Below are positions 11,051 to 22,040 of a DNA stretch of 64,000 bases, piece after piece. The stretch comes from Macrostomum lignano. Its lineage: Eukaryota. The notes under the pieces are model-generated. The model had not been told where the DNA came from and made no database searches. It worked only from the letters and a program-made list of their open reading frames with translations. The stretch covers positions 1 to 64,000 of the forward strand of contig NIVC01002767.1 in assembly GCA_002269645.1 (NCBI GenBank). The letters run 5' to 3'. Made by a program: the position numbers and the translations under genes. Positions within the stretch are counted from its first letter, which is position 1, and the number at the start of each line of letters is the position of its first letter.

Positions 11051-11709
11051 TGAAATATTTTAAAATATATTTTCTTGTTCTTCTTCTGGTCTCTCACTTC
11101 TATGGCTCTTGTTCTACTTCAAATATCAATGTGAGAGCCAAATAACTGAGGCGGCGGATTCAACTGACTTTTCCTGATGATGCAAACACTTGATGGTAAC
11201 TTACAGACCGTTGTATTTGATGGTCACAATCTCGAGATGTTTTCTCACAAAATATAATGTCTAAGGTGGAATTCCAAATAAGAAGCTCGTTCGATTTAAG
11301 TCACAAGGTGTTTCTAGTTGTTCGGGTGAACCGAAGGTTCAGTCTATTGTGAAACGTGGATTGGGTGTTGGTTTGGCTTTAGTAAGTCGACTTATAAGTT
11401 TTGGTGTTTGGGTTGAGACCCTAACTGTGTCAATCAAAATAGTCAAACGAGGTAAGCTAGGAGAATGGCGAAGGAGAGGCAAGGGCGTGGAGAGGCGGAG
11501 CGAGCAGAAAAAAGGGGCGAGCTTCTTGCTTGGTTAACATGAGCTTTTATAGTACTTTTCAGTCTTGATCGCATTGGATGGTACATAACTGCTTTTCATT
11601 GGTTGAGGTTGGGGTCGTGTCCTCAGCTTTTGCTATTTGGAGCGCATTCATTGGTTAAAATACATTCAATCTGGATGGGAGCTTTCTAGAGCCAAAATGT
11701 ATCACTTCA
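11051..11709 (-). repeat. Candidate 5' LTR (about 659 bp)
   Basis: Ends CA one nt before the PBS; TGAA...TTCA inverted termini; contains three CCAAT boxes and a TATA box. The outer boundary is uncertain (alternative TG starts at 11715 and 11730). Confidence 0.65.
11544..11654 (-). promoter_or_regulatory. LTR U3 promoter: 3x CCAAT plus TATAAAAG
   Basis: CCAAT at 11650-11654, 11598-11602 and 11573-11577; TATAAAAG at 11544-11551; all on the minus strand in correct order. Confidence 0.6.
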
Positions 11710-11734
11710 GCGACAGAAAATACCCCGACACTAT

Positions 11735-11930
11735 AATAAACACCTGAAACTATATTGAACATCTCCTGACACTATATTTAACATCTGACACTATGCTGAA
11801 CATCTCCTGACACTATACTCAACACAGAATGATGCAACGAGCGTATATGCAACATTTTCTGACATTATTCAACATATCCTGACATTATTCAACATATCCT
11901 AACACTATTCAACAGACTGACACTATACAT
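11735..11930. repeat. Degenerate tandem repeat, about 22 bp unit (ctgacactat..aacatct)
   Basis: Several imperfect copies immediately outside the candidate LTR. Confidence 0.7.
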
Positions 11931-12339
11931 AATGCATCTCGATACAATAAATAAAGCTTATTTAACTTTCCAATCTGATTTTCGGTCAGGATAAAGCCAC
12001 AATAAGTCATTCTTCGGTCAAAAAATTCAAACACATCGAATATACTCGTAATTAGTGAAGTGTCCGACAGTACTCACAATTTGCGGCTTCATTGAATGAC
12101 AATTTTTTTTTCTGAACAGAACAAGCAACACACGCGTCAAATCTGTCCATGACGCGCTGATTTTAACAACAGAAAAATGCAATTAGCAGGAGAAGACTTG
12201 TATGCAGCAAGCACAAAATGGGTTGACAAATTTGGCCTGTGAACCCTCAGAACAGACGAACTGACAAGAAATTATCAAATGGTCACGGCTAAAGTAACAA
12301 GGCATACTCGGTGCGAACTTTCACAAAAATACCTGAAGG

Positions 12340-13573
12340 GTCAGCAGTACCAGGTAGCACCGGTCAGTAGTACCAGGTAACACCGGTCAGTAGTACCAGG
12401 TAACACCGGTCAGTAGTACCAGGTAGCACCGGTCAGTAGTACCAGGTAACACCGGTCAGTAGTACCAGGTAGCACCGGTCAGTAGTACCAGGTAACACCG
12501 GTCAGTAGTACCAGGTAGCACCGGTCAGTAGTACCAGGTAACACCGGTCAGTAGTACCAGGTAACACCGGTCAGTAGTACCAGGTAGCACCGGTCAGTAG
12601 TACCAGGTAGCACCGGTCAGTAGTACCAGGTAACACCGGTCAGTAGTACCAGGTAACACCGGTCAGTAGTACCAGGTAACACCGGTCAGTAGTACCAGGT
12701 AGCACCGGTCAGTAGTACCAGGTAACACCGGTCAGTAGTACCAGGTAGCACCGGTCAGTAGTACCAGGTAACACCGGTCAGTAGTACCAGGTAACACCGG
12801 TCAGTAGTACCAGGTAGCACCGGTCAGTAGTACCAGGTAACACCGGTCAGCAGTACCAGGTAGCACCGGTCAGTAGTACCAGGTAGCACCGGTCAGTAGT
12901 ACCAGGTAACACCGGTCAGTAGTACCAGGTAGCACCGGTCAGTAGTACCAGGTAACACCGGTCAGTAGTACCAGGTAACACCGGTCAGTAGTACCAGGTA
13001 ACACCGGTCAGTAGTACCAGGTAGCACCGGTCAGTAGTACCAGGTAACACCGGTCAGTAGTACCAGGTAGCACCGGTCAGTAGTACCAGGTAACACCGGT
13101 CAGTAGTACCAGGTAGCACCGGTCAGTAGTACCAGGTAACACCGGTCAGTAGTACCAGGTAACACCGGTCAGTAGTACCAGGTAGCACCGGTCAGTAGTA
13201 CCAGGTAACACCGGTCAGTAGTACCAGGTAGCACCGGTCAGTAGTACCAGGTAACACCGGTCAGTAGTACCAGGTAACACCGGTCAGTAGTACCAGGTAG
13301 CACCGGTCAGTAGTACCAGGTAACACCGGTCAGTAGTACCAGGTAGCACCGGTCAGTAGTACCAGGTAGCACCGGTCAGTAGTACCAGGTAGCACCGGTC
13401 AGTAGTACCAGGTAACACCGGTCAGTAGTACCAGGTAACACCGGTCAGTAGTACCAGGTAACACCGGTCAGTAGTACCAGGTAACACCGGTCAGTAGTAC
13501 CAGGTAACACCGGTCAGTAGTACCAGGTAACACCGGTCAGTAGTACCAGGTAACACCGGTCAGTAGTACCAGG
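12340..13573. repeat. 23-bp minisatellite ccggtcagtagtaccaggta(a/g)ca, about 53 copies
   Basis: Near-perfect tandem array with two alternating variants. Confidence 0.97.
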
Positions 13574-14252
13574 ACTCCCCATCCAGGTCCTCCTCGCCGT
13601 CGTCAGGCCCGTAGCCCTCGCCGTTGTCAAAGTAGGCATCCACGTAGTCATTGTCCTCCAGCTCCTCATCGTTCTCGAAGACCCCAGCCTCCTCGTCTTC
13701 ATCGTCGTCCCGCTCCTCGCCGTCGCCTCCTTCGCCGCCGCCAGCGACAATCGTTGCCGACGTTGCCGCCTCCTTCGCCGCCTCAGCCGACGTCTCCAAC
13801 TGGCCGCCAACGACTTCATCGAGCAGCGCTGAAGCCGCCGCCTCTACGACATCCTGACGGCGCCGCTTGGCTCCGGCAGCGGCGGCATTCTTGGCCACGG
13901 TTGTCGCCGATGACTGCTGCTGCTGCTGTTGACGCCGACGCTTTCGGCGGAGCCAGTCGAGCTCGGCCGGAAAGTTCGCCGAGTTCGGCACCGCGGGCAG
14001 ACTGGCGCCGGCGCTGAAGCGGTCCTCCAGGTCTCGCTTAGCCGCCACCATGAACTTCAGGTCCTTGACCACTGTCGGCGGCGCCGGTCGCCTTGGCAAC
14101 GGCGGGTACAGCGTCTGCTCGTCGTCGCCAACTCTGACTCCGCCAAGCGGCATGTGGCCATCAGAGCGCATCAGGTTTTTGTAGGACTGGACTATGAAGC
14201 TGCCGCCGCCGCGCCCTCCGCGCCCGCCGCCCCGTCCGCCGCCTCTGCTCAT
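13560..14252 (-). CDS. POLR3G: RNA polymerase III subunit RPC7/Rpc31-like, intronless
   Basis: N-terminal RGG stretch, LYPPL motif, acidic tail with DYVDAYFDNGE. Confidence 0.8.
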   Translation of the reverse strand: MSRGGGRGGGRGGRGGGSFIVQSYKNLMRSDGHMPLGGVRVGDDEQTLYPPLPRRPAPPTVVKDLKFMVAAKRDLEDRFSAGASLPAVPNSANFPAELDWLRRKRRRQQQQQQSSATTVAKNAAAAGAKRRRQDVVEAAASALLDEVVGGQLETSAEAAKEAATSATIVAGGGEGGDGEERDDDEDEEAGVFENDEELEDNDYVDAYFDNGEGYGPDDGEEDLDGESWYY

Positions 14253-14864
14253 GCCGATGGCTGCAGCGGCATGAAGGTGAAAGCCCGCACTGTGCCTTCA
14301 GGAAGAAATTGCTAACACCATAGCACAGGCTGGGTGACTGGGTCATAGTGAAGACTTAGTCATACTGCAGACTGGGTCATAGAGCAGACTGGGTCGTAGC
14401 ACAGAATCGGTGACATCGGTGATCGGAGATTCAGTCATACATAAGACTTTGTCAATACGAATGTACTTGAGATAGGTCGTACTGGAGACTTGGTCATACC
14501 GGAGATTTGGTCATACTGGAGATTTGGTCATACAGGAGATTATTTAGTCTAACTAAAGACTATCGACCATACTGTAAATTTTCTTCGCACTGGAAAACTT
14601 ATAGATAATTGATATTTAAAGCCTATCAGTTTATTGAAGCAACAAAAATGAAATGAGATAATTAAGTCAAATGAGCGCATTAGAAATGCAGAGATAGAGG
14701 ATTAAAAAATATTGTATTTGTCTGCCCTTTGATGAAGGCAAAACGATTACAGGTTTACAATTATAAATTAGAATTAGTAACCGTAACAGACTACTGACCA
14801 GCTAACCCGAATTACTTGGGTACTGATTTACTCTCAATCCATATCTCAGCACTGTCACCTGCAA

Positions 14865-15075
14865 TCTCAATGGAATCAGAATCCCAATCGCAATGGGATC
14901 AGAATAACAATCTCAATGGGATTAGAATAACAATCTCAATGGGATCAGAATTTCAATCTCAATGGGATTAGAATTTCAATCTCAATGGGATCAGAATTTC
15001 AATCTCAATGGGATTAGAATCCCAATCTCAATGGGATCAGAATCCCAATCTCAATGGGATCAGAATCCCAAATCT
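14865..15075. repeat. About 23-bp minisatellite aatcccaatctcaatgggatcag
   Basis: Tandem copies just downstream of the ZCCHC9 stop. Confidence 0.9.
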
Positions 15076-15097
15076 TCACATAAATGAGCAGATGCCG

Positions 15098-16249
15098 CTA
15101 GAGCACGACAACCTTGACCTTCTTCTTCTTGGCCTTCGGCTGATTTGCAGCCCCGTCGCCATCCGGGCGGGTCTCCAGAATCGATGGCAACAGAGGAACC
15201 TCGTCATCGGCGCCGCCTCCACCGGACGACAACGGCAGGGCGACTTCGGCGGCCGACACCTCCGCCGCTCGACGGCGCTGCATCAGCGGGCAGTCGCGCT
15301 TGAAGTGCTCGACGCTGGAGCACAGCAGGCAGCCGCCGCCCTTGGGGTAGAGGCCGCGAGGATTGTCGGGGCACGACCGGGACAGGTGGCCGCTGCGGCC
15401 GCACACGAAGCAGCTCGCGAACGGCAGGTCCGGCTGCTGCTGCTGGCCGGCCGACGTGTCCGAACTGCTGCCCGGCCGGGGCATCTTCGGACAGGCAGAG
15501 AGCGCGTGTTCGCTGGAGCCGCAGCGAAAGCAAATGCTAAAGAGAACGGCGGTCAGAGTTGCTTTCTGTTGGTCTGCAGTGATTCTAATGGCTTGGATAC
15601 TAATAGGGGATTCTAATGGCTTGGATACTAATAGGGGAATCTAATGGCTTGGATACTAATAGGCAATTCCAATGGCTTGGATACTAATAGGGGATTCTAA
15701 TGCCTTGGGTACTAATAGGGGAATCTAATGGCTTGGATACTAATAGTGGATTCTAATGCCTTGGGTATTTAATGCAAACGGGAAATTCAAAGGCAACTCT
15801 TGTGAATGTTCGGGCCTGAGATACGCAGAAACCGCAGGGATCAGTGCCTGCCATAGACAGTCCAGCCTTGGCACTTACGCAGCCGCGCCGCTGGCACTGG
15901 CGGCGCCGCTCACTTCGGGACAGTCGCTGACCAGGTGGCCCGGCTGCCGGCAGTGAAAGCAGACTCTGTCCGCCTCCCGGTGCCGTTTCCGCTGCTGCCG
16001 GCGCCGCTCAGACCCGGCCCGTTTCCACTGGCGCAGCTCGGCCTCGGAGCGGAGTACGCGCTCGTACGAGCCGATGCGGACCACGTAGTGACCATTTTTC
16101 AATCGGGTGATCACCCGTCCGCCTGCAGCAGCTGGAGAAGATTTAGACTTGGACTTGGCTGTGAGCAAATCGGCTTTCATCTGAGCCCAGCTGCTGGCCT
16201 CGTTTGGCTTTTTCTTGTTGGCCTGGCCGCCCCTGGCGTAGCGCGTCAT
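15098..16249 (-). CDS. ZCCHC9: Zinc finger CCHC domain protein 9; exons 16249-15879 and 15536-15098
   Basis: MTRYAR start, ASSWAQMK, four knuckles (CFHCRQPGHLVSDC, CFRCGSSEHALSAC, CFVCGRSGHLSRSC, CLLCSSVEHFKRDC), DNPRGLYPKGGGC; GT-AG intron keeps frame. Confidence 0.88.
15580..15770. repeat. Intronic minisatellite ggattctaatggcttggatactaatagg
   Basis: About six tandem copies in the ZCCHC9 intron. Confidence 0.85.
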
Positions 16250-17833
16250 GGCTGCTGAGGCTGCAAGTTTTATTGTTATAAATTTGCTACTGTCTACTTA
16301 CACTGTCAGTAGTAAGTGAGGCAACAGGGGGTTAGAGTTAAGGTTTTCATTTTCAATACAAAGGGAGCTCTTAAGTCCTAAGGGTCAGGGACTCAAACTA
16401 ATTTTTGACACCACATGCATGTTGTGGTTGGGATGGTAGGGGCTTAAGTTAAGATGAATGAAACTACGAGTAAATGGGAAAGCATTTGCCACTATCAAAG
16501 AAGGCTAGATTGCAAAGGAAGCTTCTTGGAAACTAACTGATAAATAGGCCATTGCCCTCACAGAAGATCTTGGTAAGAATAGGAGATTTTGTTACTTTAG
16601 TTACTTCAACAATGAGAACAGATATGTCAGGAGAGAGGGGAGAAAAGGGAGAGAGGAGAGAATGAGAAGAGAGAGCTACATGCAGCCTGTGTCTAGTGTT
16701 AGCCTATGTGCAAAACTAGAAGATTGCCAAAAAAGGAAAAGTTGTGAGGGCAGAGAGAAGGAAAGAAGGGAAAGAGAAGAAAAGGGAAAAAAGAGAAGAA
16801 AGGAGAGATAACAGAGGAAAAGAGAGACAGAGAAAGAGAGTTACCAATAACAATAACAAAATACTTCTCCCACCAGCCCTAGAGTGGCTAGAAAAGAAAG
16901 AAAAGACTAAATGTGTCTCTGGGCCATAGACCTAAAGTCACACCCTCTATTTTGGTCTAAGCACTAGCATTCAGTCAAAAGCTAATCAAGGTATCTTGCT
17001 ATTTGCCCTTGGCCTTGTTTGTGTAGTCCTTACAGCTTGAACAGAAGCACTTTGTATAATAAATCAGGGCAGTAGGCCTCTAACTGGATAATAGATATAG
17101 CCAACTAGTCAAAGTTATCATTTAAGCAACAGGTTAAAAAGCTATTATATTAGACACACAATTATTTTGAATGCAACATGGCTATATATGCAAGATCCAA
17201 TTGTCTCTCCAAGGCATCTATTAGGCTCTAGGTCTTAGCATTGTATAATAGTTATAGAAAGTTTATTAGCTACAGATAGATATGGATAGGGCCTAGCTAG
17301 GTTATAGGAAAAACTTCAAGATAGGCCTATCATGCATAGATATAGATATAGGAAAAATTTGGTTATAGTGGAACTCTGTAGGCCTATAATAGACAATTAT
17401 TATTTAGGGCTAAATATTATTTTCTTAATGTTAAGGTTATCATTAAAAACAAACAAATAAAATCCATTTTATTTACTGTTTACTTTATAATAACTTTTTG
17501 CTTAGGTTTTAGCAGCCTTTAGCTTGCAAGCCAGATTTAGCCTAGCCTGCAAAGACTTTTTTTATAGCCGGCAAATATCTTTAATCTTAATTATAATAAT
17601 TTAGCCTGCAATTTTATTGTAAATTTGTTGTTTCTCTTACAAAAGTTTTGTGCACTAAAATAGGGAATTTAATAAAATTGTATAAGTGGCTATTTATTAA
17701 CTTTAGACAGATAGCACATCATTCAAAACTTTCAAATAGAATAGAAATAGGGGAATTAGCAACAAAGGAAAGTGAGGTAATATTAGGCCAACAATGAGAA
17801 TTGTCATTGAATTGTTGGCCTACAAACATATAT

Positions 17834-18000
17834 GTGCAACTTTGGGAATCACCTGGCCGTTTCTATTGGCAACACATACATGTAAGTCGCTATTGGCTGA
17901 GAGCAGTCACGTGACTACTATTCTGTCCAATAGCGACTTACATGTACACGTGTATTGCCAATAGAAATGGCTGTTGGCCAAGTGAATCCCAAGGTTGTGC
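17834..18000. mobile_element. Palindromic hairpin MITE-like element
   Basis: About 75 bp imperfect inverted arms around AGTCACGTGACT. Confidence 0.65.
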
Positions 18001-20994
18001 CCAAGCATGCCTATAAATGTAATAATATAAGCCTAGTTAAGACCCAAGGGTGGATTCTAGAAAGTAAAACCTCAGGGGGGCAAATTCTAGAGGGTACAGA
18101 CCCAGGTAGTGAATTCTGGAGGGTAAAGACCCAGGGAAGGAAGGCAACCTATGGCATAGGCCTATGGTCTGTCTTGAACTGAAAACCTCATCTGGCCCTC
18201 AAGTGGAAAAAGGTTGCCAATCCCTGCTTTAGCTTAAGACATATTTAATAAGCTCCTAGGCAGCTAGGCCTACAAAAATGGAAAAATAGAATATTTTTCT
18301 ATGAATTTTTTGAATAATTGAATATTATGTTTTGAACTTTATTAATTAACAAACAAAGACTTGTTTTTGGTTGGTTTGGCTTTACACTTACTAGGGCAGT
18401 GTAGGGCCTACACGGCTACACCTACACTGTATACTAGAATTGTCTAGCCTAGTCTGGAGTAGAAATTGAATTGAAACTTAGCAGCAAAACATGCAATGCA
18501 ACTCATACAGTCATAGATAGGCCTAGGGCCTGACTTAAAGATTCAATGCCTAACTTCAAAAATAGCTATAGGCCCTACCAAAAATGAAAAGACCTTACTT
18601 CTAAATTCGATTTTTTTCGCGCGAAACTAGAAATAAGACGAGGACTAGGAGGACGGAGGGAGATTATTAAATCGTACTATCCTAGGCTAGGCTAGCCGCG
18701 TGTCAGCAGATGGATAGGCCTAAATCTCGGACGACAGTTTGTTTGCAAATTATTATGCAATGCGCAACTAGTTTAAACTAATTCTAATAAAATTAATCCT
18801 TTGGGCTTATTTTTCAAAACTAAAAAATGTTATTTTATTTGGTAACAGACAAGCATATATCCATTGGCATTATCTGCACAATCTAAAAACTATACTAACA
18901 AAACAATCTGTCGTAACAGATGTTAACCGAACTAAATGAATGTTAAAATTGGTTAACCTTAGATAAGTAATCAGTTACCCTTTTTACAATAATCGCATCC
19001 AGACCTGAAGTAATTCGTAATATTTATATTCAAGAATCAGAATTGGTTAAAACGAATAGCTTTGAGAATTAAGTTTTTTACAAATGTTTAGGGCTTTCCA
19101 GGAAACGTGACAATTTATGAGGCAAGAGTGCGGTTATTAAACATAAATTAAATTATGAGAATTATATAGGCCTTTGAAAATTATCGATTTGGACCGAGTA
19201 ATATGAAGATTCTAGTAGTCAACAGGTCATTATTTGTCTATTTTTAAAGTGGAGTGTATTTTGCTTGTTGCCTTGGCTCAAGTTAAGGCCTGTTCATATT
19301 GCTACTGCTTACTAGTTAGTTACTAACTTGTTCTAATCTAAATATTGGTAAAAATCAATTTTACTAACTTTGGCTTTTTGTATAGATCCAGCATCATAAA
19401 TTAAAAAACACTAGCCTAACAAAATAAATAGTATTTTGACCTATTTAGGTCATATTTAATTTGATCATTTAAATAATTTAGTTGTTTTCTCATAAGCTGC
19501 ATAAGACAATCTCAAATATTATGACTTTGGCTACAACCATAGGGCATAGGCCCCTAGCCTTAATATTTAGGCCCTAGCCAAGGCCTATTTAAGTTATAGG
19601 TAAAAAAGGTGATAGATCAAAAAGGCAAAAATCAAAAGGGTGATAGTCACAAAATATTTATATATTTATTGCAATTACAAATTCATATTAGACTTGTATT
19701 TATTAACATGAAGTACTTATTGAAATGGTAGCCATGTCTATAATGTTTGAGCTTATAGGTACATTTGCCATATAAGTATATATAGTATTATTGCTTTAAA
19801 CTTTGGCAATAAAAGACCATTGCTATCTTTAGCTAGTGTCAAATAGACTATATTTTAAGGACATGGATGGCTACCCTCTCTACACTCCAGATCATATAGT
19901 ATATGCCCAAAAATTCCAGTGTGCATTGGCCTTGCATGCCAAAAGTAGGCATGCATAGTTGGCATATATTATTCCTAAGAAAATAGTGTGTGCATGTGCA
20001 CATGTATACTTGGTATGCATTTCATAGAATCATGCAAAAAAAGTTATTATGAATTAGAAAAAAGTTAAAAAAAGTTCATTTTGAAATGTAAATTTTAAGC
20101 TTTTCCAGTTTTTAAAGCTTATAATAAAGTATTTAAACAAATTTTTGTATGTATTAATTTTTCACTATGTATAATATCATCAAAATAGTATACAAATGAA
20201 CCAAATTATTTGCCAAAAAGAGTCCATTATGCAATTTTTTATTAAAGGCAGGGGGGTTGTGTGCACCCTGGCGCACTTTAAGCAATATAGGCACATAACT
20301 GGCGAGAGGCATTGCTGCCCATTCCGCTGACTCCCCTGAGCAGGCATAAAAGCGCGCGGATATGTATGCAGGCACACACTCACACAGGAGTGTACAGCGG
20401 CCCTAACTTTATATTATCGTTAGGCATGTACACTTCACTGTGCCTTGGGGGTTGGCTCTCAAGGCCATTAATTGCACAAGCAGAGCCAAGCCGAGATTCC
20501 AATTCAGCCCCAAATTAATGTGACTGCACTTGGAATCAAGCCTAGGTCACTGGCATACCAGAGCAGCTGTGCTACTGCTGGGCTATGGCCCCCCTGTCCA
20601 TTATGCAATATAAAAAGTCATTTTTTGGCATGTCAGAGATGGTTCCATCTAGAACCAAGAGATATATCATTTGTAATTATTTGGGTATGTACCCAGCATG
20701 ATCCAGACTATGGTATCCTTTATGTCTTTAAGTATGAACTGTTAATGACATGGCTACTAGCACTATGTAGACTTATTGACATGGCTATTGTATCTAATAT
20801 AAGATGCATTCTATATTGTAAAAAGTTGGACATTGTGTCAATAAGTTCTAATATTATAGACATAGTAACTTAGCCATGTTTATAAGTATGAGCATAATCA
20901 GTATTAGAGACATGGCTGCTATTTCTATAGTTTTTTGGATTATAGTTATAGACAAGGTGGTGATAACTAGACTGTGACTGATAGGCCAGTGACT

Positions 20995-22040
20995 GGATAT
21001 TTCATCAAAAACCTTTTCATTAAAAGCCTTTTTGTCAAATAGTCATTTGGTCAGTTTGTCAAATAGTGTATGCATAATTATAAATTTAAATTAAATTTAA
21101 TACTTTAGATCAGTTTCATGAATGCTTAAATAGGTCAGCATTGAAAAGGAAGTATACTGCTTATTTAAAAAGACATGTTTCTAAGAAAAGGCCTAAATAT
21201 ATATTTAAATTTTTAACACTCTTTTCACTCAAAAAAAGATGCAATTAACTTTTATACTTTCTTATTTTGTCAAAAGTGATAATTAATTGGCAATTCAATT
21301 TGATGTGTATTATTGCCATTAATATTCTCAATTGTAGTCAATATATTTATCATTGCATGGTAAAATATTGAAACTATGCAATTATATAGTTAGTATTAAT
21401 ATTAATGATACAATAATAATATAATAAGAGTATAATTTAACAAAGTAAAATACTGTGTCTATTCACAAAGCTAAGATATACAGCATACATGTGCAACAGT
21501 TGGCCAAGTCAGCTGATCTGGCTGACCAATTTGGCAGCCAACCAAGGTAAGTTGCAAAAATGCCCATCTAAATAAATACCCAAGTAGTACTAAGTAGATG
21601 ATGAGGCATTTTGCTTTAATAAGAAAGTCATAGCTACTCCTGCCATTCACCCAAAGTTGCATTAATTTTGCGTTAGGGTTTCTTTTACATGTAAGTCACA
21701 TTTTTGGTAAAATTAAGTGGCATGGCTGACTGAATTTTGGAGGTTGCGCATGTATAATATACAGTTAGGGAAAAATTAAAAGTTAGGATTAGGATTAAAT
21801 TCTTTTTTCATGTTTTTTTTCTTAGAAACCCTTTTCTTGAACAAAAGGTAATAACGTCCCTTAGATATAATTTTATCTTAACTTAGCAGGACAATAAACT
21901 AATTACTTAGAAAACTATTTTAACTATTTAATTTAAATTTTAGTAGGCTCTATTTTATTTGCCATTTGACAAAATGACCAAATTATTGTTTGGCAAAAAG
22001 GCTTTTGATGAAATGGTATTTGACAAAATGTCCTAGAACC
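20995..22040. mobile_element. Degenerate element of about 1 kb bounded by inverted repeats (MITE-like)
   Basis: 20995-21070 (atttcatcaaaa..ttgtcaaat) is the inverted counterpart of 21955-22040; no TSD resolved. Confidence 0.4.

Larger units (their letters stand above)
1..11709 (-). mobile_element. Large Ty3/Gypsy LTR retroelement with gB-like env; order 5'LTR-PBS-long leader-gag-env-PR-RT; truncated by window start
   Basis: Gag with two CCHC knuckles, aspartic protease DSGA, RT motifs (DYRKLN, LPQGLKSSP, YLDD at 303-314), candidate LTR and tRNA PBS at 11036-11709. The 3' LTR is outside the window, so the link between LTR and gag is inferred. Confidence 0.85.

Noticed and set aside
10867-11145. 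92-aa plus-strand ORF across the PBS/LTR junction
   Set aside because: Overlaps cis-elements, non-ATG start, no coding features.
12340-13573. CRISPR-like array of 23-bp repeats
   Set aside because: Units are contiguous with no unique spacers; eukaryotic context; no cas genes.
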